A DNA stretch of 63,220 nt, filler included, from Stramenopiles sp. TOSAG23-6 (GCA_900128565.1; 32 parts of 32 records of this genome joined end to end with filler, not necessarily neighbours in it); one strand, 5' to 3'; counted from the whole stretch's first letter, positions 38,771 through 52,464 are shown. Made by a program: numbers and translations. The notes: generated by a model not told the origin, from the sequence alone.

Positions 38771-39614
38771 ATGTCTAAAGGACGATTTTCGGCCTTTTCT
38801 TTTTTCGTAGCACGTAATGCTGCTTTAGCAGCTGGTGTCGCAACGTCTATGAGATATTTCGTAGGTGATAGCTTATGTCAACGGTACGAAAACCAAGTAA
38901 AGCGACATCATACAAAAGATAGTACTATTTCAACACACACACACGCAACGAACACAATGACAACCACAGTGTCCAAAACTAAACTATTGGAATGGTGGAA
39001 CCCATTTCGCACAAGTATATTTGCTACGTTTGGTATGGTGTACGGAATTGGTCCTGGTTATTTCTGGTATAACAAGGTTTTACCTCGTTTCTTCAAAGGA
39101 ATACCTCTACGTGCTGCAATATTTGATGTATTAGTGCAATGTCCTGCAATATATTTCCCTTTATTTTATATAACCAAGAGTACATTTGAACATTTTGATG
39201 ATGAAAGCTTTTTTGACCAACAATGGAATACAAGTCCTAACCCTAACCCTAACCCTAACCAGAAAAATGGGCTTACTTTGATACAATCTGCCTTATCCAA
39301 CTACCAGAACAATATAGTAAAAGATATGCAAGCTTTAATGTATGTTTTATTTTTTTTTCATCATGAATTTATTAATTTATTTTTTTTTTGAATTTTAAAT
39401 ATTTTTTTTCGTACGAAATTCTGTACCTAACAATTTTTTTTCAATTTTTTTTTTAAATATTTTTCCATACTACATAACATTTTGGTTACCTTGTCATTAT
39501 ATAAATTTCAGGTTTGTGCCAATTCATTTTCGCATGCCTTTCATGGGAATCGTTGGCGTTGCTTGGGTCTTCATTTTGAGTCGTATAAGAGGAGGAGGTG
39601 GTGTTTTAGATTAG
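38771..39614 (+). CDS. Mpv17/PMP22 family membrane protein; exons 38771-39339, 39476-39614
   Basis: GDSLCQ, RT..FATFG, spliced ALI-TFWLPCHYINFRFVPIHFRMPFMGIVGVAWVFILS. Confidence 0.88.
39340..39475 (+). mobile_element. Introner-like GT-AT intron
   Basis: TTA AT|GTATGTTTT...CCATACTACAT|A ACA TTT TGG restores the Mpv17 C-terminal motif. Confidence 0.85.
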
Positions 39615-39934
39615 TTTTATATNNNNNNNNNNNNNNNNNNNNNNNNNNNNNNNNNNNNNNNNNNNNTTAATTAATTAANNNNNNNNNNNNNNNNNNNNNN
39701 NNNNNNNNNNNNNNNNNNNNNNTAAAATTTTTTTTTTTTTTTGTGTTTGAGTAAGTTAAAGAACGAACAGGTTTGTGTTTTTTGTTGGATCGTATCACTC
39801 GTACATTATCATGACGTACATGTATTGTGAAAAAAAAAAAATTACAAAAAAAATTTTTTGAAAATTCGTTAGGTACAAAATTTCGTATGAAAACTAAAAA
39901 AAAAAAAAAAAAAAAAAATTAAAAAAAAAAAAAA

Positions 39935-40595
39935 TCGTGTATTTCGTGTATTTCGTGTAATACTGCCACGGGAAGAAATTCTTGAACGCATTTGTCGTGA
40001 TGATGATAATGATGATAGTGTTGTCGTTGTTGCTGGGCTTCTTGGTGGTTTTGAAACACTACCTAATTTCATAATAGAAGATATTACTGGATTTTTTGGA
40101 TTTTTTTGATTTTTTGGATTTCGTGTTCTTGGTGTTACAATTGTTTTTCGTCTTGCAGCTTTTTCTTGATTTCGTGTTCTTGGTGTTACAATTGTTTTTC
40201 GTCTTGCAGCTTTTTCTTGTTTTTCTTGTTTTTCTTTTTTTTTTGATTTTGTGATTGAACTATTCATTTGTGGCTTTGGACTGAGAAGAGTTTCACGACG
40301 TTCATTTTTTTGTTTTTTTTGTGATTTCGTATAATTTCCATTTTTTAATGATTTCGTGTTTTTAATATTGTTTTTTTTTTTAGATGAACGTCGAGACCAG
40401 GCGGATGTTTTAACAGTATTAGTATCATTAATATCATCATCACTAATATCATAATTATTATTATTATCATAATTATTATTATTATTATCATCATCATCAC
40501 TAATATCATAATTATTATTATTATCATAATTATTATTATTATCATTGTTATTAGTATCATCATTATCATAATTATCATAATTATCATAATTATTA

Positions 40596-40627
<32 letters not shown>

Positions 40628-40970
40628 GATAAGATTTCGTGTTTTTTTTTTGGTTGAGGTTACAATTGTTTTTCGTCTTTCTGCTTTTGCCTGTTGAATT
40701 GCCCACCTCTGAGCTTTTTTTGCAATTTCATTTTCAACTTTATCATTATCATTTATAATTTTAAAATTTTTTTTAGTATTATCATTCGTTTTTGAATCAT
40801 TCATTTTTTTATCATTAGGGTTAGGGTTATACAATGATGAAATTGAAGAGATTTGACAATTTTGATTTTTCATGTTTTCTTCACGCATATCACAAACCTG
40901 TCTCTGGAATCGCATACGTTCTGCATCTAGTTGAACAGCCCCATTATTTAATTCTTCTTGCTGCTGAGCA
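39935..40970 (-). CDS. Low-complexity Asn/Asp/Lys-rich exon with internal repeats (ARRKTIVTPRTRN)
   Basis: 348-aa ORF between intron-like tracts. Confidence 0.55.
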
Positions 40971-41710
40971 TTTATTTAGAAAAATATTTAAAAAAAAATA
41001 AGAAAATTAAGAAAATTTTTTTGTAGAAAAAAAAAAATGAATTGTATTGAAATCAATTAAAAAAAAAATTTTTCATAGTTTAAAAAAAAAACAAAAAAAA
41101 AAAAAAAAAAAAATTGAAATTCAAAAAAANNNNNNNNNNNNNNNNNNNNNNNNNNNNNNNNNNNNNNNNNNNNNNNNNNNNNNNNNNNNNNNNNNNNNNN
41201 NNNNNNNNNNNNNNNNNNNNNNNNNNNNNNNNNNNNNNNNNNNNNNNNNNNNNNNNNNNNNNNNNNNNNNNNNNNNNNNNNNNNNNNNNNNNNNNNAAAA
41301 AAAAAAAAAAAAAAAAAAAAAAATTCGATTTTTTGTTTAAAAAAAAAAAAAACATACATGTATTCTCTTCGTCTTCTATTCCATATGTATTATCATTAGG
41401 GTTAGGGTTATTGAGAGATGTTGGTACTATAGAACCATCCTTATAATCACATTGTAATGAATTTCGTAATAAATGTATTTTGGAAAAATAATTCAAAAAA
41501 TTTTTTGAAAAATTTGTTAGGTACAAAATTTCGTATGAAAAAAAAAAAAAAAAATTCAAATTTTAATTTTAATTCAAATTAAAAAAAAAAAAAAANNNNN
41601 NNNNNNNNNNNNNNNNNNNNNNNNNNNNNNNNNNNNNNNTTAATTAATTAANNNNNNNNNNNNNNNNNNNNNNNNNNNNNNNNNNNNNNNNNNNNAAAAA
41701 AACGAAAACG

Positions 41711-41743
<33 letters not shown>

Positions 41744-41868
41744 TTTAAAAAAAAATTTTGGACCCAAAAATTTTTTTTTTTTTTTTTTTTAAACGAAATT
41801 TTTTACCTAAAAAATTTCAAATTCAATTTTTAAAAAAAAAAAAAAAAAAATATTTCCAACAAGTATAT

Positions 41869-42837
41869 GTAGATGACGTCATAATCCCAAATATGTCAAA
41901 AGTGTGTCGAACTCCAGGATTTCGACATCATGGGTCAAAGAATTCTCCATGGAACCCGGTAACATCAAATAATGACGGAATTTTTTTAACCAAGAAAAAT
42001 TTTCGTCAAAACTTTGTGGATACTTCAAACCCTAACCCTACTTCAAACCCTAACCACCCTGATTTGGACGTGAATGTTATTTCAAATATTGTGAAATATA
42101 ATGAAAAGAATATAAACAATGTAATTCCGTCTCATCATCATCAACAAAATATTGGAAATGTAGCTAACCCTAACCCTAATGTAGCTTTGTCTAATGTACT
42201 TAACTATGCTAATTTGTATACAAAAACGCCGTCGCCATCACCACAAAAATCGCAAAGTTCTGAAATAAAATTCAATACAAATACAAATGAAGAAGGGAAA
42301 GATAAAGATAAGGAAAATTTTGGTTTTGCAAAAAATACAAAAAAACAAATTTTTTTTGAAAAAAACAAATTTGAAAAACAATTGACTTGTAATACGGTGG
42401 ATGATGTTGATGCTTCTACACCAAAAATACCAAAAATACCAAAAATACCAAAAAATGAAAATTGTTCAGCAGATCATATTTCAACTGAAATTGTAGACAA
42501 ACAAAAAATGAAAAATGAAAATTCAATACCAAATGGATTTGATGAGTCAACAACAAAATTGTTGATTTCGTGTAATAATAGTACTGTCGATGACGTCACT
42601 CAGCAAAGTAGTTTGGAAAAACAAAACTCTATTTCGAATATACAAAATATTGATAACAGTCAAATTAAAAATAATGAAATAATTGAGACTACTCAAAACC
42701 CTAACCCTAATAAATGTACTGTTGTACACTGTGATACGATGGAGACTGCTTCATTAGTAGATGATACTACACGAAATACAGAAAATACACAAAATACACA
42801 AAATATTTTTGTAAATTTTATGAATAATTCGATGTAG
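41869..42837 (+). CDS. Asn-rich low-complexity terminal exon
   Basis: Long ORF after a family intron end. Confidence 0.5.
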   Translation, partial: VDDVIIPNMSKVCRTPGFRHHGSKNSPWNPVTSNNDGIFLTKKNFRQNFVDTSNPNPTSNPNHPDLDVNVISNIVKYNEKNINNVIPSHHHQQNIGNVANPNPNVALSNVLNYANLYTKTPSPSPQKSQSSEIKFNTNTNEEGKDKDKENFGFAKNTKKQIFFEKNKFEKQLTCNTVDDVDASTPKIPKIPKIPKNENCSADHISTEIVDKQKMKNENSIPNGFDESTTKLLISCNNSTVDDVTQQSSLEKQNSISNIQNIDNSQIKNNEIIETTQNPNPNKCTVVHCDTMETASLVDDTTRNTENTQNTQNIFVNFMNNSM

Positions 42838-42957
42838 ACTCTGCTAGTTTTTTAAATTATTGAATGATAAACGGATTTCAAAACTATTCTTTTATTTCAT
42901 TTTTGTTTTGAAAAAGAACCCTAACCCTAACCCTAGTATTCTTCTTCTTCATTTATT

Positions 42958-43539
42958 TCATATTTTTGTTGAGTTTTCACGAGCAAGTTTTTGAAATTTT
43001 GCCCATTTTGAAAAAGAACCATCACCATCAACCCTAACCCTAGTATTCTTATTATTACTATTATTATTATTATTATCCACCAAATCCATGACGTCATCAA
43101 TTACGGTAGTACCTTTTTGTTTCAACTGGATATTTTTAGGGTTAGGGTTATATCTATTTTTTGGAGATATTGTACTGTCTTGATTTATTTGATAAATTTG
43201 TGATTCTTTAGACTGATGTAAAGGTTCACCACTTGTCATATTATTTTCTTTGTTCTCATGATTTTTTATTATATTTCGTGTTAAACTGTCCTGTTTTGTC
43301 ATTTTTACATTTCTAACTAATGCTTCAACTAAATTTCTAGAGTTTATACTTAAATTACTACAATCATCTTCAGATTCAGTTTCACTTGTACTAATGGAGT
43401 TCAAGTTATATGTATTTTCCATTTTCGTATCTACGGGAGGTATAGTATTTTCTGGATTTTTTTTCTTTTTTGTAAGACGTACACTGGGCTGGGAGATTTG
43501 TATCGACCATACTTGAAATCTGTTAACTTCCATATACAT
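42958..43539 (-). CDS. Asn-rich low-complexity terminal exon, convergent with the previous one
   Basis: 193-aa ORF. Confidence 0.45.
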   Translation of the reverse strand: MYMEVNRFQVWSIQISQPSVRLTKKKKNPENTIPPVDTKMENTYNLNSISTSETESEDDCSNLSINSRNLVEALVRNVKMTKQDSLTRNIIKNHENKENNMTSGEPLHQSKESQIYQINQDSTISPKNRYNPNPKNIQLKQKGTTVIDDVMDLVDNNNNNSNNKNTRVRVDGDGSFSKWAKFQKLARENSTKI

Positions 43540-43667
43540 TGAAATATAGTTTTTTTTTCCCTCACCGNNNNNNNNNNNNNNNNNNNNNNNNNNNNNNNNN
43601 NNNNNNNNNNNTTAATTAATTAANNNNNNNNNNNNNNNNNNNNNNNNNNNNNNNNNNNNNNNNNNNN

Positions 43668-43936
43668 AAAAAATTTTAAAAATTTTTTTTTTTTTTTTGG
43701 TAGAAAAAAAAAAATTTTTAGGTAAAAAATTTCGTATAAAAAAAAAAAAAAAAAAAAAAATCAGAATTTTACTATGAAAGAAACATACTATAGCTGATAA
43801 TGCACATGATGCATACAACATTGAATCTTCTGCTGCTGTTAATGCAATAAATGCAGCAGGCGCAGATGCCCATGCTTTGGTTGCATTAGATCTCCTCTTA
43901 CATAACAAAATAGTCTATTGTGTTGAAAAAATATTT

Positions 43937-43977
<41 letters not shown>

Positions 43978-44560
43978 TAAAAATTTTTTTAAAAAAAAAA
44001 TTTTTTTTTTTTTTTTTTTTTTCGTACAAAATTTTTTTCCTAAAAATTTTTTTTTTTTTTTACTAACCAAAAAAAAAAAAAATTTTGAAATATTTTTCCA
44101 AAATACATATGATAAGGAACGAACAATGAAAGTTTTACTCCGTACTCTACAAGATCCTCCACCGTCACTAAAGACGTATGAAGAATATGTAGGTTTTCTT
44201 TTTTAATACGAAATTTTGTACCTAAACCTAAAAAAAAAATTTAAAAAAAAAAAAAATATTTTTTCAAACTACATGGAGACACTGGAAAAAAACCCAAAGA
44301 TTTTAAAAAAGCGTTTAAAGATTTTTACAGCGTTTGTTTAATCAAAGATCCAAAAAAGAGACCTACAGCTTCGAAATTACTTTCAAAACCATTTCTTACT
44401 AAATTAACAGTTAAAACAGGTCATTTGGAATCTCTTGTGACATTGTTGCCTTCAGTTGGTATGTTTTTAGTGTCTAAAAAAAAAATTCAAAAAAAACATT
44501 TCATACGAAATTTTGTACCTAACAAAAAAACATTCAAAAAAAAATTCAAATTTTTTTTTT

Positions 44561-44642
<82 letters not shown>

Positions 44643-45225
44643 AAAAAAAAAATTTGAATTTTTTTTTGAATGTTTTTTTGTTAGGTACAAAATTTCGTAT
44701 GAAATGTTTTTTTTGAATTTTTTTTTTAGACACTAAAAACATACCAACTGAAGGCAACAATGTCACAAGAGATTCCAAATGACCTGTTTTAACTGTTAAT
44801 TTAGTAAGAAATGGTTTTGAAAGTAATTTCGAAGCTGTAGGTCTCTTTTTTGGATCTTTGATTAAACAAACGCTGTAAAAATCTTTAAACGCTTTTTTAA
44901 AATCTTTGGGTTTTTTTCCAGTGTCTCCATGTAGTTTGAAAAAATATTTTTTTTTTTTTTAAATTTTTTTTTTAGGTTTAGGTACAAAATTTCGTATTAA
45001 AAAAGAAAACCTACATATTCTTCATACGTCTTTAGTGACGGTGGAGGATCTTGTAGAGTACGGAGTAAAACTTTCATTGTTCGTTCCTTATCATATGTAT
45101 TTTGGAAAAATATTTCAAAATTTTTTTTTTTTTTGGTTAGTAAAAAAAAAAAAAAATTTTTAGGAAAAAAATTTTGTACGAAAAAAAAAAAAAAAAAAAA
45201 AATTTTTTTTTTAAAAAAATTTTTA

Positions 45226-45266
<41 letters not shown>

Positions 45267-45535
45267 AAATATTTTTTCAACACAATAGACTATTTTGTTA
45301 TGTAAGAGGAGATCTAATGCAACCAAAGCATGGGCATCTGCGCCTGCTGCATTTATTGCATTAACAGCAGCAGAAGATTCAATGTTGTATGCATCATGTG
45401 CATTATCAGCTATAGTATGTTTCTTTCATAGTAAAATTCTGATTTTTTTTTTTTTTTTTTTTTTTATACGAAATTTTTTACCTAAAAATTTTTTTTTTTC
45501 TACCAAAAAAAAAAAAAAAATTTTTAAAATTTTTT
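43668..45535. repeat. Whole-contig perfect inverted repeat centred at 44601/44602 (likely artefact)
   Basis: The second half is the exact reverse complement of the first; mirrored ORFs are identical. Confidence 0.95.
44109..44458 (+). CDS. OSR1/SPAK-like STE20 kinase C-lobe; exons 44109-44188, 44275-44458 (mirrored at 44745-45094)
   Basis: MKVLLRTLQDPPPSL...FKDFYSVCLIKDPKKRPTASKLLSKPF; GT-AT intron 44189-44274. Confidence 0.8.
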
Positions 45536-45635
45536 NNNNNNNNNNNNNNNNNNNNNNNNNNNNNNNNNNNNNNNNNNNNTTAATTAATTAANNNNNNNNN
45601 NNNNNNNNNNNNNNNNNNNNNNNNNNNNNNNNNNN

Positions 45636-47503
45636 ATGAATGGTTTTAGCATTTTAATGATAATAATGATTATTTATTTCAAATACTATTGACATATTGT
45701 AGAGATTATTGGCTGTAGTTTTGTTTTTATTCAAAAGATGAATGATGTTTGTTTTAGAATGATAAAAATGTTGATTTATTTCAAATACTATTGACATATT
45801 GTTGAGATTATTGCCAGTATTTTTGTTTTATTCAAAAGATGATTGATGTTTAGTATGATAACAATGTTTATTTATTTCAAATACTATTGTCATATTGTAT
45901 AGTTTATTTACTGTATTTTTGGGTTTCCTGCAAAGATGAATATTGTTGATGTTTACATGATAAAAATATTTATTCATTTAAAATACTATTGACATATTCT
46001 AAAGATCATTGTGGTATTTTTGTGACTATTATATGTGTGGATGATTTTGCCTTTGAACAGAAGAATGATTATCCATTTCAAAATACTATTGACATATTGT
46101 ATATTTTATTGTATGTAGTTTTGTTATTCTTGCAAAACAAAGAATGCCGCCTATTCAATAATATCAATTTTTATTCATTTTGAGTACCATTTACATATTG
46201 ATCAGAGTATTGCGAGTACTTTTTGTATTCCTTGGAAAATGAGTGATATTTGTTTTCAAATTAAGAGTGTTTATTCATTGAAAATACTGTTGGCATATTC
46301 TAAAGATTATTGGAAATATTTTGAGCTTTCTTGCAAGGATTGATAGATTTTGCTCTTCAATGATAACACTGATTATTCATTTGAATTACTCTTCAAATAT
46401 TATCTATATGATTTGCTTTATTTTAGTTTTTCTTGCAAAGATAAATATTGTTTGCTTTTCAAGGTTAACATTGTTTACTTATTTCAAAAACTATTGTCAT
46501 ATTGTATAGATTCTTGACAGTATTTTTGTTTTTCTTCAAAAGATGAATACTGTTGACTTTTGAATTATAAAAATGTTTGTTTAGTTTTTAAATACTATTG
46601 AGATATTGAACAGATTATTGTGGGTATTTTTTGTTTTGCATGTAAAGATGATTGCTGTGTGCTTTCAGGTAATAATAATGTTTATTTATTTAAAATAGTA
46701 TTGAACATATTGTACACATTATTTGAAGTATTTTTGTTTTTATTCAAAAGATGAATATTATAACTTTTAAATGATAAACATATTTATTTTGTGATTTGGT
46801 ATTGACATATTGTGTAGATTATTGGACGTATTTTTTTATTTTTCTTGCAAAGATGAATATTATAACATTTAAACAATAAAAATGTTTACGTTTTGATTTG
46901 GTATTGACATATTGTAGAGATTATTGACTGTAGTTTTGTTTTTATTCAAAAGATCAATGATTGATGTTTAGTAGGATAACAATGTTTATTTATTTCAAAT
47001 ACTATTGATATATTGTAGAGATTATTGGATGTATTTTTATTTTTATTCAAAAGATGAATGATGTTTTCTTTTTAATGATGAAAATGTTGATTTATTTCAA
47101 ATACTATTGACATATTGTAGAGATTATTGCCGGTATTTTTGTTTTTATTCAAAAGATGAATGATGTTTGCTTTAGAATGATATAAAGGTTTATTTATTTC
47201 AAATACTATTGACATATTGTTGAGATTATTGGGAGTATTTTTATTTTTATTCAAAAGATGAATGATGTTTGCTTTAGAATGATAAAAATATTTATTCATT
47301 AAAAATACAATTGACATATTGTAAAGATTATTTCAAGTATTTTTGTTTTCATTCAAAAGATGAATTATGTTTTGTCTTGCATGATAACAATTTTTGTTTA
47401 TTTAAAATATTAGTGACATATTGTAGAGATTATTTTGTGTATTTTTGATTTTATTCAAAAGATGAATGATGTTTGCTTTAGAATGATAAAACTGTTTATT
47501 TAT
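45636..47503. repeat. Diverged AT-rich satellite, ~100-bp unit, ~18 copies
   Basis: AAATACTATTGACATATTG...ATTCAAAAGATGAATGATG recurs about every 100 nt across the whole contig. Confidence 0.9.
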
Positions 47504-47674
47504 NNNNNNNNNNNNNNNNNNNNNNNNNNNNNNNNNNNNNNNNNNNNTTAATTAATTAANNNNNNNNNNNNNNNNNNNNNNNNNNNNNNNNNNNNNNNNN
47601 NNNTTTTTTTTCGTACGAAATTTTGTACCTAACAAATTTAATTTTTTTTTTTCAAATATTTTTCCAAAATACAT

Positions 47675-48057
47675 GTATTTGGCTTGAACTCGAACTTGAA
47701 AATCCAGTTGTTGCACCTAAAACTCATAAGAAAAGAAAACTGAATAACAAAAGGAAGAAAGTTGCTGGATATCGTCCTAATGCTGAACGTTGCATTTTAT
47801 TTGTAACATCTGTAATTGATGCTCATTTTGTGGATTTTGTGGCTAGAATAGCCAATCCACCGTGCAAAGAGGAGGCTTGCGGTTTAGATCTTGTAATGAC
47901 TAGATTAAGTAGTATATTAGTTAGTCAAGTTCAGTTTTGTGAAGCAGCTCAAGGAGTAATAGGTCATCTTAGACAATTATGTGATAAACGTAACAAAATG
48001 AATGCTCTGAAAAGTAAATCTTCTGAATATTCCATTGATCTCATTCATGTTTTTTAA
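47675..48057 (+). CDS. Uncharacterised terminal exon
   Basis: Open frame after family acceptor CCAAAATACAT. Confidence 0.5.
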
Positions 48058-48360
48058 AATAAAATATTTTTCGTACACGTTGATAGTTTTTTATTTTTAA
48101 TTCGTACAAGTTGATTTTTTTTGAAGTTTTTTTTTAAGTTNTCTTTTNATGGNANCANACNTGATTTGTTGGAGTCGGAGGTTTAAACTTTATCCGAATT
48201 TCTCAGACCTGTAGCGACCTGTAGTCTGTAGAGCCAGTGCACACACATGCATGCGCTCGCGTTCACACGCAGAGTTGTCTGGTAGAAGACAATAAAGGGC
48301 GCCAATAATAATAAGTACAATTCAAACAAAATCATTGGCAAGGCTACGGTTCAATTCATC

Positions 48361-49471
48361 ATGGATGCAAGCAATTCACGTAACAGTTTCGACAGTTTCT
48401 TGAAAAGGAATGAAACCTCAGTTAAATTGTTGAAAATGTCTGCGGAACAAGGCCATGGAGACGCACAGTTAGCTCTTGGTATATGTTATTATAATGGTCT
48501 TGGTGTCACTAAATGTTATAAAAATGCTGTAACATGGTTTACAAAAGCTGCAAAACAAGGCCATCTAGAAGCGCAGTGCAGACTTGGTCTATGTTATTTG
48601 TTGGGTGATGGTGTCACTCAATGTTATAAAACTGCAGTTAAATGGTTGAAAAGGGCTGCAAGTCAAGGCCATGCAAAAGCACAGTATACTCTTGGTAGCT
48701 GTTATTATAGTGGTGATGGTATCGATGGTGTCACTCAATGTTATAAAACTGCAGTTAAATGGTATAAAAAGTCTGCCAAACAAGGCTGTGTAGAAGCACA
48801 GTGTGCTCTTGGTAGATGTTATTTGTTGGGTGATGGTGTCACTAAATGTTCTAAAACTGCAGTTAAATGGTGGAAAAAGGCTGCCAATCAAGGCGACGCG
48901 ATAGCACAGTATAAACTTGGTAGATGTTATTTCAACGGTGATGGTGTAACGCAATGTTATAAAACCTCAGTGACATGGTTGAAAAAGGCTGCAAATCAAG
49001 GCCATGTAGAAGCACAGTATACTCTTGGTAGGTGTTATTGTAACGGAGGTGGTGTCACTCAATGTTATAAAACAGGAATTATATGGCTTAAAAAGTCTGC
49101 CAATCAAGGCGACGCGATGGCACAGCATCATCTTGGTAGGTGTTATTATAACGGTGAGGGTGTAAAGCAATGTTATAAAACAGCAGGTACATGGTTTAAA
49201 AAAGCTGCAAATCAAGGATGTAAGCAAGCACAAGTCTCTCTTGCAATGTGTTATTGTGATGGTATTGGTGTCACTAAATGTTTGAAAACCGCAGCAAAAT
49301 GGAACGGAAAAGCAAAAAAGCAGATGAAAGACACAGATGATGATTTTTTAAGAGAACTCATAATCAAACAGAGTAAATCAAAATGTTTTACTTGTGGTTT
49401 AGAGGGTAAAAATAAAAAAATGCTTCTTTGTAGTCAGTGTAAGGCTGTGTCATATTGTTCAAAGAAGTGTC
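48361..49471 (+). CDS. Sel1-repeat protein with MYND zinc finger, 3' partial
   Basis: About eight 36-aa AQxxLGxCYxxGDGVTQCYKTAVKWxKKAAxQG repeats; CFTC...CSQCKAVSYCSKKC. Confidence 0.9.
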
Positions 49472-49574
49472 NNNNNNNNNNNNNNNNNNNNNNNNNNNNN
49501 NNNNNNNNNNNNNNNTTAATTAATTAANNNNNNNNNNNNNNNNNNNNNNNNNNNNNNNNNNNNNNNNNNNNTTT

Positions 49575-49607
<33 letters not shown>

Positions 49608-49848
49608 TACGAAACTTTATACCTAACGATTTTTATCATGATTTCGTGTTTTTTTTCACAAAACATGGCAGCAATGCGTGCGTTCTGGAAACCGTCAGAG
49701 CCAATATCTATCAAGTTGAAAGCTTTGTATTCATTATTTGCAGGTGATGATGACATGGTTGGTTTAGCAGAATTATTTAGTATATGTAGGTTTTTTTTTT
49801 TTTTTTTAAAAATTTTTTTTTTTTTTTTTTTTTAAAAAAAATTTTTTC

Positions 49849-49892
<44 letters not shown>

Positions 49893-49900
49893 CAATACAT

Positions 49901-50233
49901 GATCAAAACAAGAATGCAAGGGTTGGAAGCATCAAAATATTCAAGTATTGTTGATTGTTTCAAAAAAGTATTGAATGATGAAGGTCCCGCAGCTTTCTAC
50001 AAAGGAGTCGGTGCCCGCTTAAGTCGTGTTGTCCCAGGTCAAGGAATAATCTTTATGTATGTTTTATATGAATTTCTAATTTAATTTTTTTTTTTTTGGT
50101 TTTTTGGTTTTTTTTTTTCATACGAAATTTTGTACCTAACAAATTTTTTTAGATTTTTTTTTGAAATATTTTTTCACAATACATGTCATATGAATCAATT
50201 TCAAATTTCTATGAAAGCAGGTTAGGAGTATAA
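49901..50233 (+). CDS. Mitochondrial tricarboxylate/citrate carrier (SLC25A1-like), last exons 49901-50056, 50185-50233
   Basis: IKTRMQGLEASKY...EG..AFYKG..RL.RV.PGQGIIF-M-SYE; GT-AT intron 50057-50184. Confidence 0.85.
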
Positions 50234-50375
50234 GACGTTTTATATTTATTAAATTTTTTGGCGAAAAAAATAAAAAAAAATAAAAAAAAATAAAAAAAAA
50301 TAAAAAAAAAATTAACAAAAATAAAAAAAAATAAAAAAAGTAGTTAATACATTTATTCTTCTTCATAAAATTATT

Positions 50376-51310
50376 TTAATCAAAATCGGAATCTGAATCT
50401 GATAAAATTTCCACTTCAAATTTAGTTTCTTCATTTTTGTTTTGTTGTGTAACTGAAGAATCCCAAGGAAAAGTTAAGTCAACATTATCATCATTATCAT
50501 TCATATTACCATTGACATTATTTGTATTATTAATAGTATTAGTATTATTAATAGTATTATTAATAGTATTAGTATTATCAATAGTATTAGTATTATTAAT
50601 AGTATTAGTATTATTAATAGTATTAGTATTATTAATAGTATTATCAATAGTATTAGTATTATTAATAGTAGTACCATCATCAGAATGTACAAAACTGTCT
50701 GAATCATCAGAATCGTTTAAATCGTTTAATTCCATTTCAGACAATTTTTCAAATTCTTGATTCATTGACGAGGTATTCTTATTATGATAATGAATAACTT
50801 CACCAATCGCGGAGTCATCGACAAAAATATCCCCATGAAATAAACATTTTGGAAAAATATTTGAGAAAAAAAAATCGTTAGGTACAAAATTTTCAAAAAA
50901 AAAAAAATTTGAAAAAAAATTTGAAAAAAAATAAAACATACAAAAATTTAGGAAGAGAGTCTCTCATATCAATCATAATATCTTGTAAATCCAAATAATA
51001 CTTATGTGGTATAATACCACCAGCTGCAAATGCTCTATTAATTGCACTTGCTTTCTCATCTTCAGTAATTCCACCATGTATTTTGGAAAAATATTTCAAA
51101 AAATCTAAAAAAATTGTTAGGTACAAAATTTCGTACGAAAAAAAAATTCAATTTCAAATTTAAAAAAAAAAAAAAAACATACATCTTCTTCCATCCATTG
51201 AATCTGTTTTAAACCTAGTTTCACATCACGCATCCATTGTGTACGGAGTCTACATCGACCAATATGAGGCATAAAACGACATATATCTTCCCAATCATAT
51301 CCGATGGTAC
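50376..51310 (-). CDS. Uncharacterised protein, last exons 51310-51183, 51075-50942, 50841-50376
   Basis: In-frame joins across family introns 51076-51182 (GT-AT) and 50842-50941 (GT-TT); NTINNT repeats. Confidence 0.55.
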
Positions 51311-51624
51311 ATGTATTTTGGAAAAAGTATTTCAAAAAAAAAACAAATTTGTTAGGTACAAAATTTCCTACAAAATTTCCTACAAAAAAAAAAAAATTCA
51401 ATTTTTTTGTAAAAAAAAAATAAAAACATCCCTACCCCNNNNNNNNNNNNNNNNNNNNNNNNNNNNNNNNNNNNNNNNNNNNTTAATTAATTAANNNNNN
51501 NNNNNNNNNNNNNNNNNNNNNNNNNNNNNNNNNNNNNNAAAAAATCTAAAAAAATTTGTTAGGTACAAAATTTCGTACGAAAAAAAAATTCAATTTCAAA
51601 ATTCAATAAAAAAATAAAACATAC

Positions 51625-52431
51625 ATGACCATCGTTTAACTCCTTAAACCATTTTCGAACGTCTGTTACAGTAGGTAAAGTTTCGTTTTTTATAAATGTA
51701 TGAAATTTCAAATCATCTTTTGAACATTTTGAACGATTTACTTTGTCATTTTTATACTTATTAGTCATTACTTTTAACTTGTCATTTTTATACTTTTCAG
51801 TCATTACTTTTGACTTTGAAAGAGACAATTCAAGTTGGTAACCACGACCATATATTGTTTTCAAATGCTGTGTGCTACCTAAACAACACAAATGACCATC
51901 AACCATAATTCCAGTTCTTGTACATAAAGCTTCACATTCCTCCATTGAATGTGTAGTAAGAATTACTGCACAATTTTTGTCTTCTATGGATATTTGATTA
52001 ATAATATTCCACATTTTTCTTCGTGACAATGGATCCATACCTGTTGATGGTTCGTCTAGAAATACAATCTTTGGATTTCCTAGAGTTGCAATAGCAACTG
52101 ATAATTTTCGTTTATTTCCACCAGAATACGTNCCTGCCATATTATCACAATCATGTAATAAATCTAATTTCACTATTTTGGCTTGAACTGCTTCATCAAT
52201 TAAATGTTTAGGAATTCCTTTTAATTTTGCATAAAAATTTAAATGTTCCCGACCTGTTAATTTTTCAAATAACGCATCAAATTGAGGACAGTAACCAATC
52301 AATTTTCGTGCTTCTGTGAGATTTTCATGAATTGAATATCCGGCTAGAAATCCATGACCTGAAGTAGGACGAATATCACCAGAAAGAATTTTAATCGTTG
52401 TTGTTTTACCAGCCATACATTGTGAAACATA

Positions 52432-52464
<33 letters not shown>

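Noticed and set aside
43668-45535. 1.87-kb perfect palindrome as a hairpin chromosome end or foldback element
   Set aside because: Zero mismatches, centred in a T/A homopolymer, spanning exactly one contig: typical of assembly or MDA artefact
45636-47503. CRISPR array
   Set aside because: Whole units are similar with no unique spacers; eukaryotic context and no cas genes
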